Both the position numbers and the translations under genes were made by a program. From assembly GCA_963845535.1 (NCBI GenBank), contig CAWJSK010000022.1:22148-86147 (forward strand): a DNA stretch of 64,000 nucleotides, written 5' to 3'. The stretch comes from an uncultured Spirochaetota bacterium (lineage in GTDB: Bacteria > Spirochaetota > Spirochaetia > SZUA-6 > Fen-1364). How positions within the stretch are numbered: position 1 is the stretch's first letter; each line of letters starts with the position of its first letter. Below are positions 30,830 through 40,773 of this stretch, in pieces. Below the pieces are notes generated by a model. That model was not told the DNA's origin. It did no database searches and worked only from the letters and a program-made list of their open reading frames with translations.

Positions 30830-31069
30830 ACGGGGAGATACACTTCAAGAAGCGTACCAAGTGAGATATCTGGTCGAGCCTCGATTTTTGTCGATAACAT
30901 TCAGCTAATAACCAAAAAATCCCTAAAATTCCCATTACTTATGGTTGATGTTCCACTACGAATGGAACATCGGTGTTCCAGTTGGATCGGCGGATTGGAA
31001 CAAGGAAGAAGCCGTTGCAACAACGAACACGGCTGTCGTCCCTTGATCAGTCTTTTTTGCATTTGCTGA

Positions 31070-31122
31070 TTGACTATCAAGAATATCGTGGTAAGCTGGG
31101 GAGTATGAGTGAACGCTCACTC
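31070..31122 (+). promoter_or_regulatory. sigma70 promoter (TTGACT-N16-TAAGCT) followed by palindromic operator GAGTGA-ACGC-TCACTC
   Basis: Read directly; the operator overlaps the predicted +1/ATG and recurs at the tetR start (35653-35670). Confidence 0.65.
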
Positions 31123-32622
31123 TCCTCCGTGGAGACGGTCTGGACACAGCCACTGTGTGGCCAGGGAGCCAGTCGGCATGCGAATGCTGCCGACATCTAC
31201 CAGAAGATCGACAAGCTCATGTCGGTCCCGCCTCTTCGAATCCGCAGGGATGCGATGGACGCCTGTCTTCGGTTTTTTAACGAGCGGTGCACGCGCTCCA
31301 AGGCCATGACGGAAGAGGCAAAGACCTTCATCCCCGGCGGCGTGCAGCATAACCTGGCGTTCAACTATCCGTTTCCCCTGGTCATCGACCGGGCGGACGG
31401 GCCGTATCTGTACGACATCGACGGCCACAGGTACATCGACTTTCTCCAAGCTGGCGGCCCAACCATCCTGGGCAGCAACGACCCGGCGGTTCAGGAGCAG
31501 GTCATAGAGGTGCTGAAGCATGTCGGCCCTTCCACGGGTCTGTTCCACGAGTTCGAGCTGAAGCTTGCCCGAGAGATCAGCAGGCACATCCCCTCGGTGG
31601 AGATGTTCCGGATGCTCGGCTCAGGCACGGAAGCAGTGATGGCCGCAATCAGGGTGGCCAGGCTTGCAACGCGCAAGAAGAACGTCATAAAGATTGGCGG
31701 CGCCTACCACGGCTGGAGCGACCAGCTCGTGTACAGCCTCAAGATTCCGCACACCAGAAGATTCGAGGCGCACGGGATCCCGCGGGCGGCTACCCGTCAT
31801 ACGCGGGAGGCGGCGCCGAATGACCTGGGCTCCCTTGAACGCGCGCTGCGCGCCGGCGGGCTTTCCGGCGGCACCGCGTGCGTCCTGGTCGAGCCCATGG
31901 GTCCGGAGAGCGGCACGCGTCCCGTGGATTTCGATTACAACGCGGGCGTGCGGCGCCTGTGCGACAAGTACGGCGCGCTGCTCGTTTTCGATGAAGTTGT
32001 GACTGCTTTCCGCGTGGGGTTGAGCGGCGCGCAGGGCTTCTTTGGCGTGAGGCCTGATCTGACCTGCTTCGGCAAGATCGTGGCAGGCGGCTACCCGTCC
32101 GCCGGCGGCCTGGGCGGCCGCCGTGACCTGATGAAGCTCGTGGCGGCCGGGATCGAAAGCGGGAAGAAGCGCGCGTATGTTGGGGGCACCATGGCGGCCA
32201 ACCCTTTGAGCGCCGCCGCGGGGTATTTCACCTTGAAGGAGATCGAAAGGACCCATGCCTGCGAGAAAGCGGCTGCGGCGGGAGATCGGCTCACCCGCGG
32301 CCTCCAGCGGCAGATAGAGGAGCTCGGGCTGCCCGCGGTGGCATACAACCAGGGCTCCATCTGCCACCTCGAGGTTGTGGGCGGCATGTTCGTCCGTCTC
32401 CAGCTCCTCCGCATCCTGTCCGTCCTCAAAGAGATCAAGGTGCGCAAGGCGCTCATGGAGGAGCTCGGCGCGGCGTACATGGCGGAAGGAGTCGTGACGC
32501 TTGCGGGAAGCAGGATGTACACGAGCGCCGCGGACACCGATGAGGTGATCGACGACGCCCTGGCCCGCTTCGAGCGGGTGCTGGGCACCATAGAGCGGGC
32601 AGGAGACGGAAGCAATGGATGA
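31105..32622 (+). CDS. class III PLP aminotransferase (glutamate-1-semialdehyde aminomutase-like)
   Basis: IPGGVQ, D.DG..YIDF, SGTEAVMAA.R.AR, YHG, LVFDEVVTAFR, PDLTCFGK...GG.P, GGT...NPL. Confidence 0.9.
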   Translation: MSERSLSSVETVWTQPLCGQGASRHANAADIYQKIDKLMSVPPLRIRRDAMDACLRFFNERCTRSKAMTEEAKTFIPGGVQHNLAFNYPFPLVIDRADGPYLYDIDGHRYIDFLQAGGPTILGSNDPAVQEQVIEVLKHVGPSTGLFHEFELKLAREISRHIPSVEMFRMLGSGTEAVMAAIRVARLATRKKNVIKIGGAYHGWSDQLVYSLKIPHTRRFEAHGIPRAATRHTREAAPNDLGSLERALRAGGLSGGTACVLVEPMGPESGTRPVDFDYNAGVRRLCDKYGALLVFDEVVTAFRVGLSGAQGFFGVRPDLTCFGKIVAGGYPSAGGLGGRRDLMKLVAAGIESGKKRAYVGGTMAANPLSAAAGYFTLKEIERTHACEKAAAAGDRLTRGLQRQIEELGLPAVAYNQGSICHLEVVGGMFVRLQLLRILSVLKEIKVRKALMEELGAAYMAEGVVTLAGSRMYTSAADTDEVIDDALARFERVLGTIERAGDGSNG

Positions 32623-33277
32623 GCGCGAAGCCCGGGAAGCGGTGCGCGCTGCGGGCGTGAAGCTCGTGGAGGAAGGGCTCGTGGCCGGCACGTGGGGAAA
32701 CGTGTCCGTGAAGTTTTCACCCACCGAGATGGCCATCACTCCCAGCGGCTTCGACTATCTTTCCATGCGCGCCGAGGACGTGGTGATCGTCAACCTGATA
32801 ACAGGGGAGGCGAGGGGCGGAAAACCTTCCACGGAGAAGAAGCTCCACGCGGAGATCTACCGTACGCGCCCCGAGGTGAGGGCCGTGATCCACACGCACT
32901 CCATGAGCGCCTCCACGGTGGCGGCGGCCCGGCGTGAGGTGCCGCCCATCCTCGATGACCTTGCGCAGATCGTTGGGCCGACGCTTCGGGTCGCGGACTA
33001 CGCCATCCCGGGGTCCGCCCGGATGGGCCGTTCGGTCTTGCGCGCGCTGCGCGGTCGGATGGCCGCCCTCATGGCAAACCATGGCGCCGTTGCGCTGGGC
33101 AGGACCCTGGACGAAGCGCTCCTGTGCGCGCGAATCGTGGAGAAAGGATGTCGGGCGTTCATCGAGGCGGAGTTCCTGGGCGGTGCAAAGGGGATCAACA
33201 AGTTCGAGGCCGCAATCATGCACCAGGTGTACCTGCGTAAATACTCTCGACAGGGCAGGAAGGCCGAGAATGACTGA
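32615..33277 (+). CDS. class II aldolase (FucA-like)
   Basis: GTWGNVS, ITPSG, PSTE..LH, VIHTHS, MANHG. Confidence 0.9.
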   Translation: MDEREAREAVRAAGVKLVEEGLVAGTWGNVSVKFSPTEMAITPSGFDYLSMRAEDVVIVNLITGEARGGKPSTEKKLHAEIYRTRPEVRAVIHTHSMSASTVAAARREVPPILDDLAQIVGPTLRVADYAIPGSARMGRSVLRALRGRMAALMANHGAVALGRTLDEALLCARIVEKGCRAFIEAEFLGGAKGINKFEAAIMHQVYLRKYSRQGRKAEND

Positions 33278-34889
33278 CGTCGTGCACGTGATTGCCTATG
33301 ACGTCGGGACCACGGGAGCCAAGGCGTGCCTGTACGCCATCGGCAAGGAAGCAAAGCTCGTTGCCGGTGCTTCAGCGGAGTATCCCCTCAGCCTTCTGCC
33401 CAATGGCGGAGTCGAGCAAGACCCGGTTGACTGGTGGAAAGCCGTGTGCGCGGATACACGGAAGCTGCTTGCGGATTCGGGGCTCTCCCGGGACGGCATC
33501 AAGGGGATCGCCTTTTGCTGCCAGATGCAAGGGCTCGTCCTCGTTGACGGCCAGGGAACGCCGGTGCGTCCGGCAATGAGCTACATGGACCAGAGAGCCG
33601 TGAAGGAGAAGCACGCGGGCATCGAAAAAGGTATTCGCATTGCGGGCATGAACGCTCGCAAGCTCCTCCCGTCTCTCCTCATTACGGGCGGCGTGTCAGC
33701 GAGCGTGAAGGACCCCGTCTGGAAATACCACTGGGTGCGCGAGAGTGAACCCGAGCGTTTCCGAAAGGTCCACAAGTGGCTCGACATCAAAGAGTACCTG
33801 GTGCACCGGTGCACGGGCCGGTTTGCCATGACTCCGGACTCCGCCAATGCGACATTCCTCTATGACACTCGTCCCGGCCGGGCCGGGTGGAGCCCGCTCA
33901 TGTGCCGGCTTTTCGACGTGGACCCGCGCCACCTGCCGGAGGTCATTGGCCCCGCGGAGATTGCCGGACCACTCCGGGCGGTCCCCGCGGAAGAAATGGG
34001 ACTTGCCCCGGGCACGCCGGTCTTTGGCGGGGGCGGGGACCTGTCTCTGGTTGCCCTGGGCTCGGGCGCCGTGGGGGTCAACGACACCCACGTGTACATG
34101 GGGACCTCCGGGTGGGTATCCGCGGTTACGGACCGACGAGTTGTGGACACGGACAGCTATATCGCGTCCATCCTCGGGGCGCAGGAGGGCAGGTACAACT
34201 ACATCTCGGAGCAGGAGACATCGGGGAAGTGCCTGGAGTGGGTCAGGGACCACCTGGCCTTGGACGAAATCGGTGTGTACCTGCAGCACAGGACAGTGGC
34301 AGACGACCCGGAAGGCCAGTATGCCACGCTTTTCGAGCTCCTCGATGAGACAATCGATGCAGTCGCCCCGGGGGCCAACGGCGTCACGTTCACTCCGTGG
34401 TTGCGCGGAAACCGCTCGCCGTTCGAGGACCCTTCCGCGCGCGGCATGTTCTTCAACATCGGTCTCGAGACGGGGAAGCGCGACATGGTCCGCGCCGTGG
34501 CGGAGGGCATTGCGCTGCACGGCAAGTGGCAGCTTGCCGCAATCCGAAAGAAGGTGCCGGCCCGGGGCCCGGTGAGGTTCGTGGGCGGAGGCGCTCGCTC
34601 CGCCGCAATGGCGCGCATCATGGCGGACGCGCTGCAGGAGACCGTGGAGCCTGTTGTCTCCCCGCAGAATGCCGGTGCCCTGGGAGCGGCGTTTCTGTGC
34701 GCCGCGGGCCTGGGGGCCCTTGGCACCCTGGAGGAAGCTCGAGGGCTCGTTCCCGTGCTCGGCAGGTTTGATCCCGATCCGCGCAGATCGAAGGTCTATG
34801 AGGAAAGGCTTCAAGTCTTTCGGGACCTCTACACGCTGAATCGGCCGAGCTTCAGAAAGCTCAACGGCCATGCCCCCCAAGCGCGGTAA
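33270..34889 (+). CDS. FGGY-family carbohydrate kinase (xylulokinase-like)
   Basis: YDVGTTG.K, EQDP.DWW, YMD.RA, GGGD, YMGTSG, PWL.G.RSP, VGGGARS. Confidence 0.92.
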   Translation: MTDVVHVIAYDVGTTGAKACLYAIGKEAKLVAGASAEYPLSLLPNGGVEQDPVDWWKAVCADTRKLLADSGLSRDGIKGIAFCCQMQGLVLVDGQGTPVRPAMSYMDQRAVKEKHAGIEKGIRIAGMNARKLLPSLLITGGVSASVKDPVWKYHWVRESEPERFRKVHKWLDIKEYLVHRCTGRFAMTPDSANATFLYDTRPGRAGWSPLMCRLFDVDPRHLPEVIGPAEIAGPLRAVPAEEMGLAPGTPVFGGGGDLSLVALGSGAVGVNDTHVYMGTSGWVSAVTDRRVVDTDSYIASILGAQEGRYNYISEQETSGKCLEWVRDHLALDEIGVYLQHRTVADDPEGQYATLFELLDETIDAVAPGANGVTFTPWLRGNRSPFEDPSARGMFFNIGLETGKRDMVRAVAEGIALHGKWQLAAIRKKVPARGPVRFVGGGARSAAMARIMADALQETVEPVVSPQNAGALGAAFLCAAGLGALGTLEEARGLVPVLGRFDPDPRRSKVYEERLQVFRDLYTLNRPSFRKLNGHAPQAR

Positions 34890-34960
34890 GCCGCGCGGGG
34901 AGGTAAGCCGCGATAGGGCGCCAAGCCGCGATAGGGGGCGGTAAGCCGCGCGGGGCGGTA
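34885..34960. repeat. degenerate ~17-20 bp tandem repeat, core AAGCCGCG, 4 copies
   Basis: AAGCCGCG at 34888, 34905, 34923 and 34943 between convergent genes. Confidence 0.8.
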
Positions 34961-34974
34961 GTCGGCGCGGGCCG

Positions 34975-35670
34975 TCACAGCTTCCTGGACGGACGTCCAA
35001 AAGCCTGACGTATGAAGCTCATGACCCCGCTGATCACCGCCTCCTCGTCCCCCGCGGCGCGCGCGCCCAGAAAGAGGCCCAGGCGCTCCCGATAGTACGC
35101 TGAGCCAAACGAGAACTGGACGATCAGGAAAAGGTTGTCCAGGCAGAAAGCCGCAACCGGATCGGTTGAGTCGGGCGCTATCTCACCTCGCGCCCTGGCT
35201 TCCGCCACCATCCGCCGGTAGCCCTCGGCGGCTACGCTCTCGATCCGCCCGGAGAGCTTTGCCGCCAGCGGGGCCAGCTCCTCGGTGGTGCACGCGATGT
35301 ACAGGTTCAAGAGGTCCGGGTCTTTCCGTGACCACTCGACTGCCGCCCGCAAGAGGGCCTCAACGCGGTCGAAGAAACCCGGCACGCTGGAGAAAATCTC
35401 ATCGATGACCGAAGTGAGCGTGCCGTGCGATTCCTCGATCAGCGTCAGAAACAGATTCTCCTTGGTCTGGAAGTATTGATACAGCGAACCCACGGAGATG
35501 CCGGCTTCTTTCGCAATGACGTTGACGTTGGCGCCCGAATACCCTCGCCGGGCAAACGCCCGCTTGGCGCAGTCCAGCACGCGCCGACGCTTGTCATCTG
35601 AGATCCTTTCGAACGTCGGCGTCCATCGGGGGGCGGCGTCGGTTGGTCCGCGGGGTGAGCGGTGACTCAT
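34975..35670 (-). CDS. TetR/AcrR transcriptional regulator
   Basis: F...GY.......IAKEAGISVGSLYQYF.TKE.LF. Confidence 0.93.
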   Translation of the reverse strand: MSHRSPRGPTDAAPRWTPTFERISDDKRRRVLDCAKRAFARRGYSGANVNVIAKEAGISVGSLYQYFQTKENLFLTLIEESHGTLTSVIDEIFSSVPGFFDRVEALLRAAVEWSRKDPDLLNLYIACTTEELAPLAAKLSGRIESVAAEGYRRMVAEARARGEIAPDSTDPVAAFCLDNLFLIVQFSFGSAYYRERLGLFLGARAAGDEEAVISGVMSFIRQAFGRPSRKL

Positions 35671-35873
35671 TGCGTGGGACTATACCGTATTTGCCGCCGG
35701 TTGCATACACGGGACTGTATCTCGCGGCAACGGCTGTTCACTCTTAGCCACAGGAGCGAAGAGTAGTCTCGCCTGGTAATGCTTCCTGAACCACTACCCT
35801 TTCGGACAGCTTGAATCCAGTCATAGACGATGGATAGTCTTGTGATGCTGAACAAAGCGGTCTTCAAGAGAAA

Positions 35874-37286
35874 ATGAGGAAAAGAATGAGAGCCAGAAAA
35901 ATGTTGGTTTGCGTAGTTTGCTTATCGATTTTGGTTGGTTGTACGGCACGTCAAGCCCGAACGGCCGAAGTACCCAATTTCAAACTCTTCTTTATTGTCG
36001 ATAGACAGTACGACAAAGACGCGACCATCGGGATGTTTCGCAATGACGATCCCGCCGGGCTTGAGAACCGAGCTAGAAGCGCGGGAATTGATCCTGCTGT
36101 AGCTCGAAAGATTCGTGATGCCTCCAACCCGATTGTTGGTTTGGAGTTGGTTAACAAACTCGTCGACGACCGTTTCCAAAAAGAAGGTGAAGCCCTTGAA
36201 GCATCCAAAGATGACCTATGGCTTCAATGGAAGGATCTCCTTCCAGTTTTCTCAAATGTGGTTGTTGAAACCACTGAATCGCCGTGGGTTCATCCTGATT
36301 ACATTTGCGTTGTCTCCTCGATGTTCCCTGGCACAAGCGACTGGTTGGGGAACAAGGTCGCCGTCGGGTTCAATCTTAGCGCGGAACGCAAACGAAGGAC
36401 GCTCGCAAACGAGATATTGCTTTCCGATGTTTTCCAGCTCCTGCGAAAGCGACATCCACGTTCTGAAATCAGCGATTGGCAGGTATGGGCATTTTCTGAG
36501 ATTACGCCTAGCTTCATTCTTGATGACCAGAGGTTGAAACCGTATTGGCCGAACCTCCCTCACGGTTGGGGTTCGAACTACCCCCAACTTCCGAGACTGG
36601 AGAAGTCACTCAAAGAGCTGTTTGATCACAGAACCAGCTATGTTGATTACGAGGACAAGGCAGCCAAGGTCTTGAAGAGTTTTCAACCTTTTGTTTCAAG
36701 CTGGCTTGGAGTATTTCTCGGAGAACCCCAAGGGAATGACTCTTACCAGGAGTTGGCCAAGGAAATGAACCTCACGCCTGCAGGGGCTTTCGTTCTGGGC
36801 TTGTGCAAGGGCTCTCCGGCGGACAAAGCCGGCCTCATGCCTGGCGACTTCGTTACTGCCGTTGAATCTGCGCCGATCAGGGATGCTGCTCAGCTCACTC
36901 AGATCATTCGTTCTGCTGCCCCCGGCACCAGGACGAGCATAACCTTGCTTCGCCTGGGCAAACCGATAACGCTATCGGTGACCATTGGAGAGCTGGACGC
37001 CCGAGACACGGTGGGCCAGTACTTTTGGCCGGGTTTCACCGTGAGGAAAGTCTGGGAGAAAGCGGGGGCCTCCGGAAATGTGGAGGGCGTGACAGTGGCC
37101 ACGATCACAGGGGAGAAGTCTCCCGCCGCGGTCGCGGGTTTGAAGACGGGAGACCTGATCACGGTAGTGAATGGCATCAAAGTGAAAACCGTGGTCGAGT
37201 TTTATAGGGCTCTCAATACGAGCGGTGGCAGGAGGGCGAGCTTTATGATTGCGCGCAACGACAAAGAGATCAACCTGGAGCTGTAA
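35874..37286 (+). CDS. lipoprotein with unknown N-terminal domain and two C-terminal PDZ domains
   Basis: ILVG-C lipobox; WLGV, GSPADKAGL.PGD.V and SPAAVAGLKTGDLI..VNG PDZ motifs. Confidence 0.8.
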   Translation: MRKRMRARKMLVCVVCLSILVGCTARQARTAEVPNFKLFFIVDRQYDKDATIGMFRNDDPAGLENRARSAGIDPAVARKIRDASNPIVGLELVNKLVDDRFQKEGEALEASKDDLWLQWKDLLPVFSNVVVETTESPWVHPDYICVVSSMFPGTSDWLGNKVAVGFNLSAERKRRTLANEILLSDVFQLLRKRHPRSEISDWQVWAFSEITPSFILDDQRLKPYWPNLPHGWGSNYPQLPRLEKSLKELFDHRTSYVDYEDKAAKVLKSFQPFVSSWLGVFLGEPQGNDSYQELAKEMNLTPAGAFVLGLCKGSPADKAGLMPGDFVTAVESAPIRDAAQLTQIIRSAAPGTRTSITLLRLGKPITLSVTIGELDARDTVGQYFWPGFTVRKVWEKAGASGNVEGVTVATITGEKSPAAVAGLKTGDLITVVNGIKVKTVVEFYRALNTSGGRRASFMIARNDKEINLEL

Positions 37287-37525
37287 GATGACGTTGCTCG
37301 AGCGGAGTATTGTCATAGTATTCTGGGCCGATTATTGTTGAGAAGGTCCATGATGGCAAATGCGGGATGCGAGCATGCTGTGCCGGATTTTCGGGAAGCG
37401 CTTATCGAGCGACTTCAAACTACGGAAACGGCAAGGCCTCGGTGGTGGAGACGTACGCGGCGGGAAAGGTTTTCGGGCATTTCCAACGTTCCCAGCAAGG
37501 CCACGAAACAGGAGGCTCGGCGGGG

Positions 37526-38521
37526 TTGAGAGCAGCAGTCTTGGACCGTGCCGGCATACCCCTTTCCGTTCGGGAAATTGAAACGCCCGTTGCGGGACCA
37601 GGCCGTATCCTGGTCAGGGTGGGCGCGTGCGGCGTGTGCCGCACTGACCTTCACATTGCGGACGGAGAGCTGACCGAACCGAAGCTTCCCCTGGTCCCCG
37701 GCCATCAGATCGTCGGGACTGTCGTAGAGATGGGAAAAGGCGTAGACGGTATGTCAGTGGGCCAGAGGGTGGGCGTCCCCTGGCTCGGTTCCACGTGCGG
37801 GAAGTGCGAGTATTGCGCCAGCGGCAGAGAGAACCTGTGCCTGAGCGCGCGGTTCACCGGCTACGACGTGGACGGCGGTTTCGCGGAGTACGCCGTGGCG
37901 GATGCCCGGTTCGCGTTTCCTTTGCCGGAGGGTTATCCGGATCTCCAGGTGGCGCCTTTGCTGTGCGGCGGTCTCATTGGCTACCGGGCGCTGCGGATGG
38001 CGGGGGAGGCGAAGCGGATCGGTTTCTATGGCTTCGGGTCGGCAGCTCACATCCTTGCGCAGGTCTGCAAACATCAGGGCAGGGAAGTGTACGCATTCAC
38101 GCGGCCTGGTGACGCCGGCGCCAAAGCGCTGGCAATCCGCGTGGGCGCCATCTGGGCCGGGGACTCCGGCCAGCAGCCCCCCGCGCCGCTGGATGCGGCC
38201 GTTATCTTCGCGCCGGACGGGAAGCTGGTTCCGCTCGCCCTTCAAGCCGTTGATCGCGGCGGCTCCGTGATCTGCGCCGGCATCCACATGAGCGACATTC
38301 CCTCTTTCCCGTATGGCATCCTCTGGGAGGAACGGACAGTGCGGTCCGTTGCCAACCTTACACGCGCCGACGCTCGCGAGTTCCTTGCCCTGGCCCCGCG
38401 CGTTTCCGTCCGCACCGAGGTCCGCGTGTTCCCCCTGAGCGCCGTGAACGAGGCGCTCTCCACTCTTCGCGCCGGCGATATTGTCGGCTCCGCCGTGATA
38501 GACCTTGGCCTGCCGTCATAG
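37526..38521 (+). CDS. zinc-dependent alcohol dehydrogenase (AdhP-like)
   Basis: ACGVCRTDLH, PGHQIVG, CGKCEYC...ENLC, APLLC.G; TTG start assumed. Confidence 0.93.
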   Translation: MRAAVLDRAGIPLSVREIETPVAGPGRILVRVGACGVCRTDLHIADGELTEPKLPLVPGHQIVGTVVEMGKGVDGMSVGQRVGVPWLGSTCGKCEYCASGRENLCLSARFTGYDVDGGFAEYAVADARFAFPLPEGYPDLQVAPLLCGGLIGYRALRMAGEAKRIGFYGFGSAAHILAQVCKHQGREVYAFTRPGDAGAKALAIRVGAIWAGDSGQQPPAPLDAAVIFAPDGKLVPLALQAVDRGGSVICAGIHMSDIPSFPYGILWEERTVRSVANLTRADAREFLALAPRVSVRTEVRVFPLSAVNEALSTLRAGDIVGSAVIDLGLPS

Positions 38522-38549
38522 TGTTCGTATCTTGTTGGCAGGAGGAACA

Positions 38550-39185
38550 ATGGCGGGCATCGTAGACGCGAAAGTTGAAAAGTACATATCCGCCCTGAAC
38601 GGCATTCCGGATCCCGTGCGCCTGAAGATGGAAGAGATTGCCCGCGGGAACGGCTTCCCCATCGTCGGTCCCCACGTGGGGCGGCTTCTGGGAATCCTCG
38701 CCAGGAGCATCGGCGCCCAGCGGGTCCTGGAGTTGGGGTCAGGATACGGCTATTCAGCCCTGTGGTTTGCCCGAGCCATGAAGAATGGCGGCACCGTGCT
38801 TTGCACGGACCTTTCAGAGGAGAACCGCGGTCATGCGCTCGCATTCTTCCGCGAAGCAGGCCTGGGAAAATCCATGAGCTTCCACGTGGGAGACGCGCTG
38901 TCATTCGCGCGATCGCAGTCGGGGCCTTTCGACATCGTCTTCAACGACATCGACAAGAAGGATTATCCGGACAGCATCTCGGTTGCGGTCCCTCTCCTTC
39001 GCGTCGGCGGCCTTTTCATAACGGACAACGTCCTGTGGAGCGGCAAAGTGGCGGAAAAAGGCAGGCATGACGCGGCCACAGCGGCCATACGGCGATTCAA
39101 CGCGATGATTTGCGCGCGCGATGACCTGGAGACCGTCATCCTGCCCATGCGGGACGGCGTGGCCGTATGCCAGAAGGTGCGCTGA
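38550..39185 (+). CDS. class I SAM-dependent O-methyltransferase (caffeoyl-CoA OMT-like)
   Basis: VLELGSGYGYS, FD.VFND.DK..Y, DNVLWSG.V; GGAGG RBS. Confidence 0.9.
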   Translation: MAGIVDAKVEKYISALNGIPDPVRLKMEEIARGNGFPIVGPHVGRLLGILARSIGAQRVLELGSGYGYSALWFARAMKNGGTVLCTDLSEENRGHALAFFREAGLGKSMSFHVGDALSFARSQSGPFDIVFNDIDKKDYPDSISVAVPLLRVGGLFITDNVLWSGKVAEKGRHDAATAAIRRFNAMICARDDLETVILPMRDGVAVCQKVR

Positions 39186-39925
39186 ACCGGTCCATTCCCT
39201 GCCTCGTCCAGTCCGTCCTCCGGGAGCGCGCGGACGGCGTGAGCGTCACGGTGAGCTGGGCGCAGTCGGCCAACGGCGCCATTGCGGCGTTCAGCGGAGC
39301 GCGCGTGATCCTGAGCAGCCGGGAGTCCATGACGCTGACGCATCGGCTTCGCAGCCTCCACCAGGGAATCCTTGTCGGGATTGGCACGGTGCTCGCTGAC
39401 GACCCGCAGCTCACCGTGCGCCTCGTTGACGGCCCTTCTCCGCAGCCTGTGGTGCTCGACTCCGGTCTGCGCTTTCCGGACTCAGCCCGGCTGCTCTCCC
39501 GAACGGACCGTGAGCCCTGGATCTTCCACGGCCAGGAGGCCCCTGAGCACAGGAGGCGCGAGCTCGAACGCCGGGGCGCCCGGTTGTTTCCTCTTCCCGC
39601 CGCGGCGGATGGCCTCCCGCTTCACGAGGTGCTCCGAATCCTGGGTGAGCGCGGCATGCGCTCCCTGATGGTGGAGGGGGGCGCCCGGGTGCTTCGCTCT
39701 TTCATCTCCCAGGAACTCGCTCACCAGGCCGTCATTACGGTAAGCCCGGTCACCATGGAAGGTATCCACGTCTTCGAAACTGAGTCGGAGTCGGCAGGTG
39801 CCAGGGCAGGACCGGGATGGGCAATCGAGTTTGCCGAGACCTCCGAGCAGAAGTGCGGTCCGGACATCGTCACATGGGGAAGGATTGCTGCGACCGCGGG
39901 TCGAGGTTTCGGCTCTACTTCCTGA
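39167..39925 (+). CDS. RibD C-terminal reductase-domain protein
   Basis: AQS.NG.I, H.LR....ILVGIGTVLADDP.LTVR, LMVEGG. Confidence 0.85.
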   Translation: MPEGALNRSIPCLVQSVLRERADGVSVTVSWAQSANGAIAAFSGARVILSSRESMTLTHRLRSLHQGILVGIGTVLADDPQLTVRLVDGPSPQPVVLDSGLRFPDSARLLSRTDREPWIFHGQEAPEHRRRELERRGARLFPLPAAADGLPLHEVLRILGERGMRSLMVEGGARVLRSFISQELAHQAVITVSPVTMEGIHVFETESESAGARAGPGWAIEFAETSEQKCGPDIVTWGRIAATAGRGFGSTS

Positions 39926-40673
39926 TCTGGGACCTCTCGGCCCACGGGACGAAGAAGGTGATGCCAATGCTGGCGTCGAAAGTCAGCTCGGGAGAATTGA
40001 TCGGGGGAAAATTGTTCGGGCTGGTGCTCGAACCACTGCTGCCTACGGGTATTCTTATGCTTGGATTCACGATCAGATCCAGGGCGTAGCGCTCGGTGAT
40101 GAAATAGTAGATGCCTACGGAAGGCGTCAGGAGAATGTCGAACTGGGTGCCGCCATCATAGGGAGTGCCGTTCGGAGCATAGATGTTCGGAGCGTATTTG
40201 CCGGGAAGGAACTGGATCAGGGCCAACCCTACGGAGCCGCCCAGATCGAACACAAGGGGGAAATTCGGGTTCAACTTCCAGCTGTCGACGTCGATCCAGA
40301 GGCCGCCGCCGGGAAGTCTTTCGATGAGATGTCCAGGGTCGAAGTAGGGGTACCAGGCAAAGCCCAGGCTCAGCGCATACGTGAGAACAGGCTGGTAGTC
40401 GTTCCCGTTGTTGTAGTTGCTGGCGTAGGAGAAGCTCGGTGACAAGGCGAATGCGAAAAAGTTGATCAGATAGAAAGTCGCGCTCGGAGAGACCGTGATC
40501 GTGAGATGACTGCCCTGGTTCGATGAGCTCGTTGGATCACCCAGATCATCGCTTAATGATGCATTCCCGGTGATCGCAATGCCGCCAGCCATGAAGTTGT
40601 CCGCAATGTCCGCAAAAGCGCCTGGGCCAGCGAGAAGGCACACGAGCGCTATGAGCCACCAGGATCTTCTCAT
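39915..40673 (-). CDS. exported hypothetical protein, outer-membrane beta-barrel-like
   Basis: Signal peptide, alternating amphipathic strands (VSPS..FY, PSVG.YYF, SIGITFF). Confidence 0.55.
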   Translation of the reverse strand: MRRSWWLIALVCLLAGPGAFADIADNFMAGGIAITGNASLSDDLGDPTSSSNQGSHLTITVSPSATFYLINFFAFALSPSFSYASNYNNGNDYQPVLTYALSLGFAWYPYFDPGHLIERLPGGGLWIDVDSWKLNPNFPLVFDLGGSVGLALIQFLPGKYAPNIYAPNGTPYDGGTQFDILLTPSVGIYYFITERYALDLIVNPSIRIPVGSSGSSTSPNNFPPINSPELTFDASIGITFFVPWAERSQIRK

Positions 40674-40773
40674 GCGAGACCTCCCGAGAGTGTGATGAAG
40701 GACGCATACGTCATATCACGGGAAGCGGGGGGCGGGTAGCCGGCATCGGCCTCATTCTGTATAACGGGAATCC

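Noticed and set aside
31105..32622. Assigning the symbol hemL
   Set aside because: N-terminal extension and sugar-catabolic context argue against heme biosynthesis
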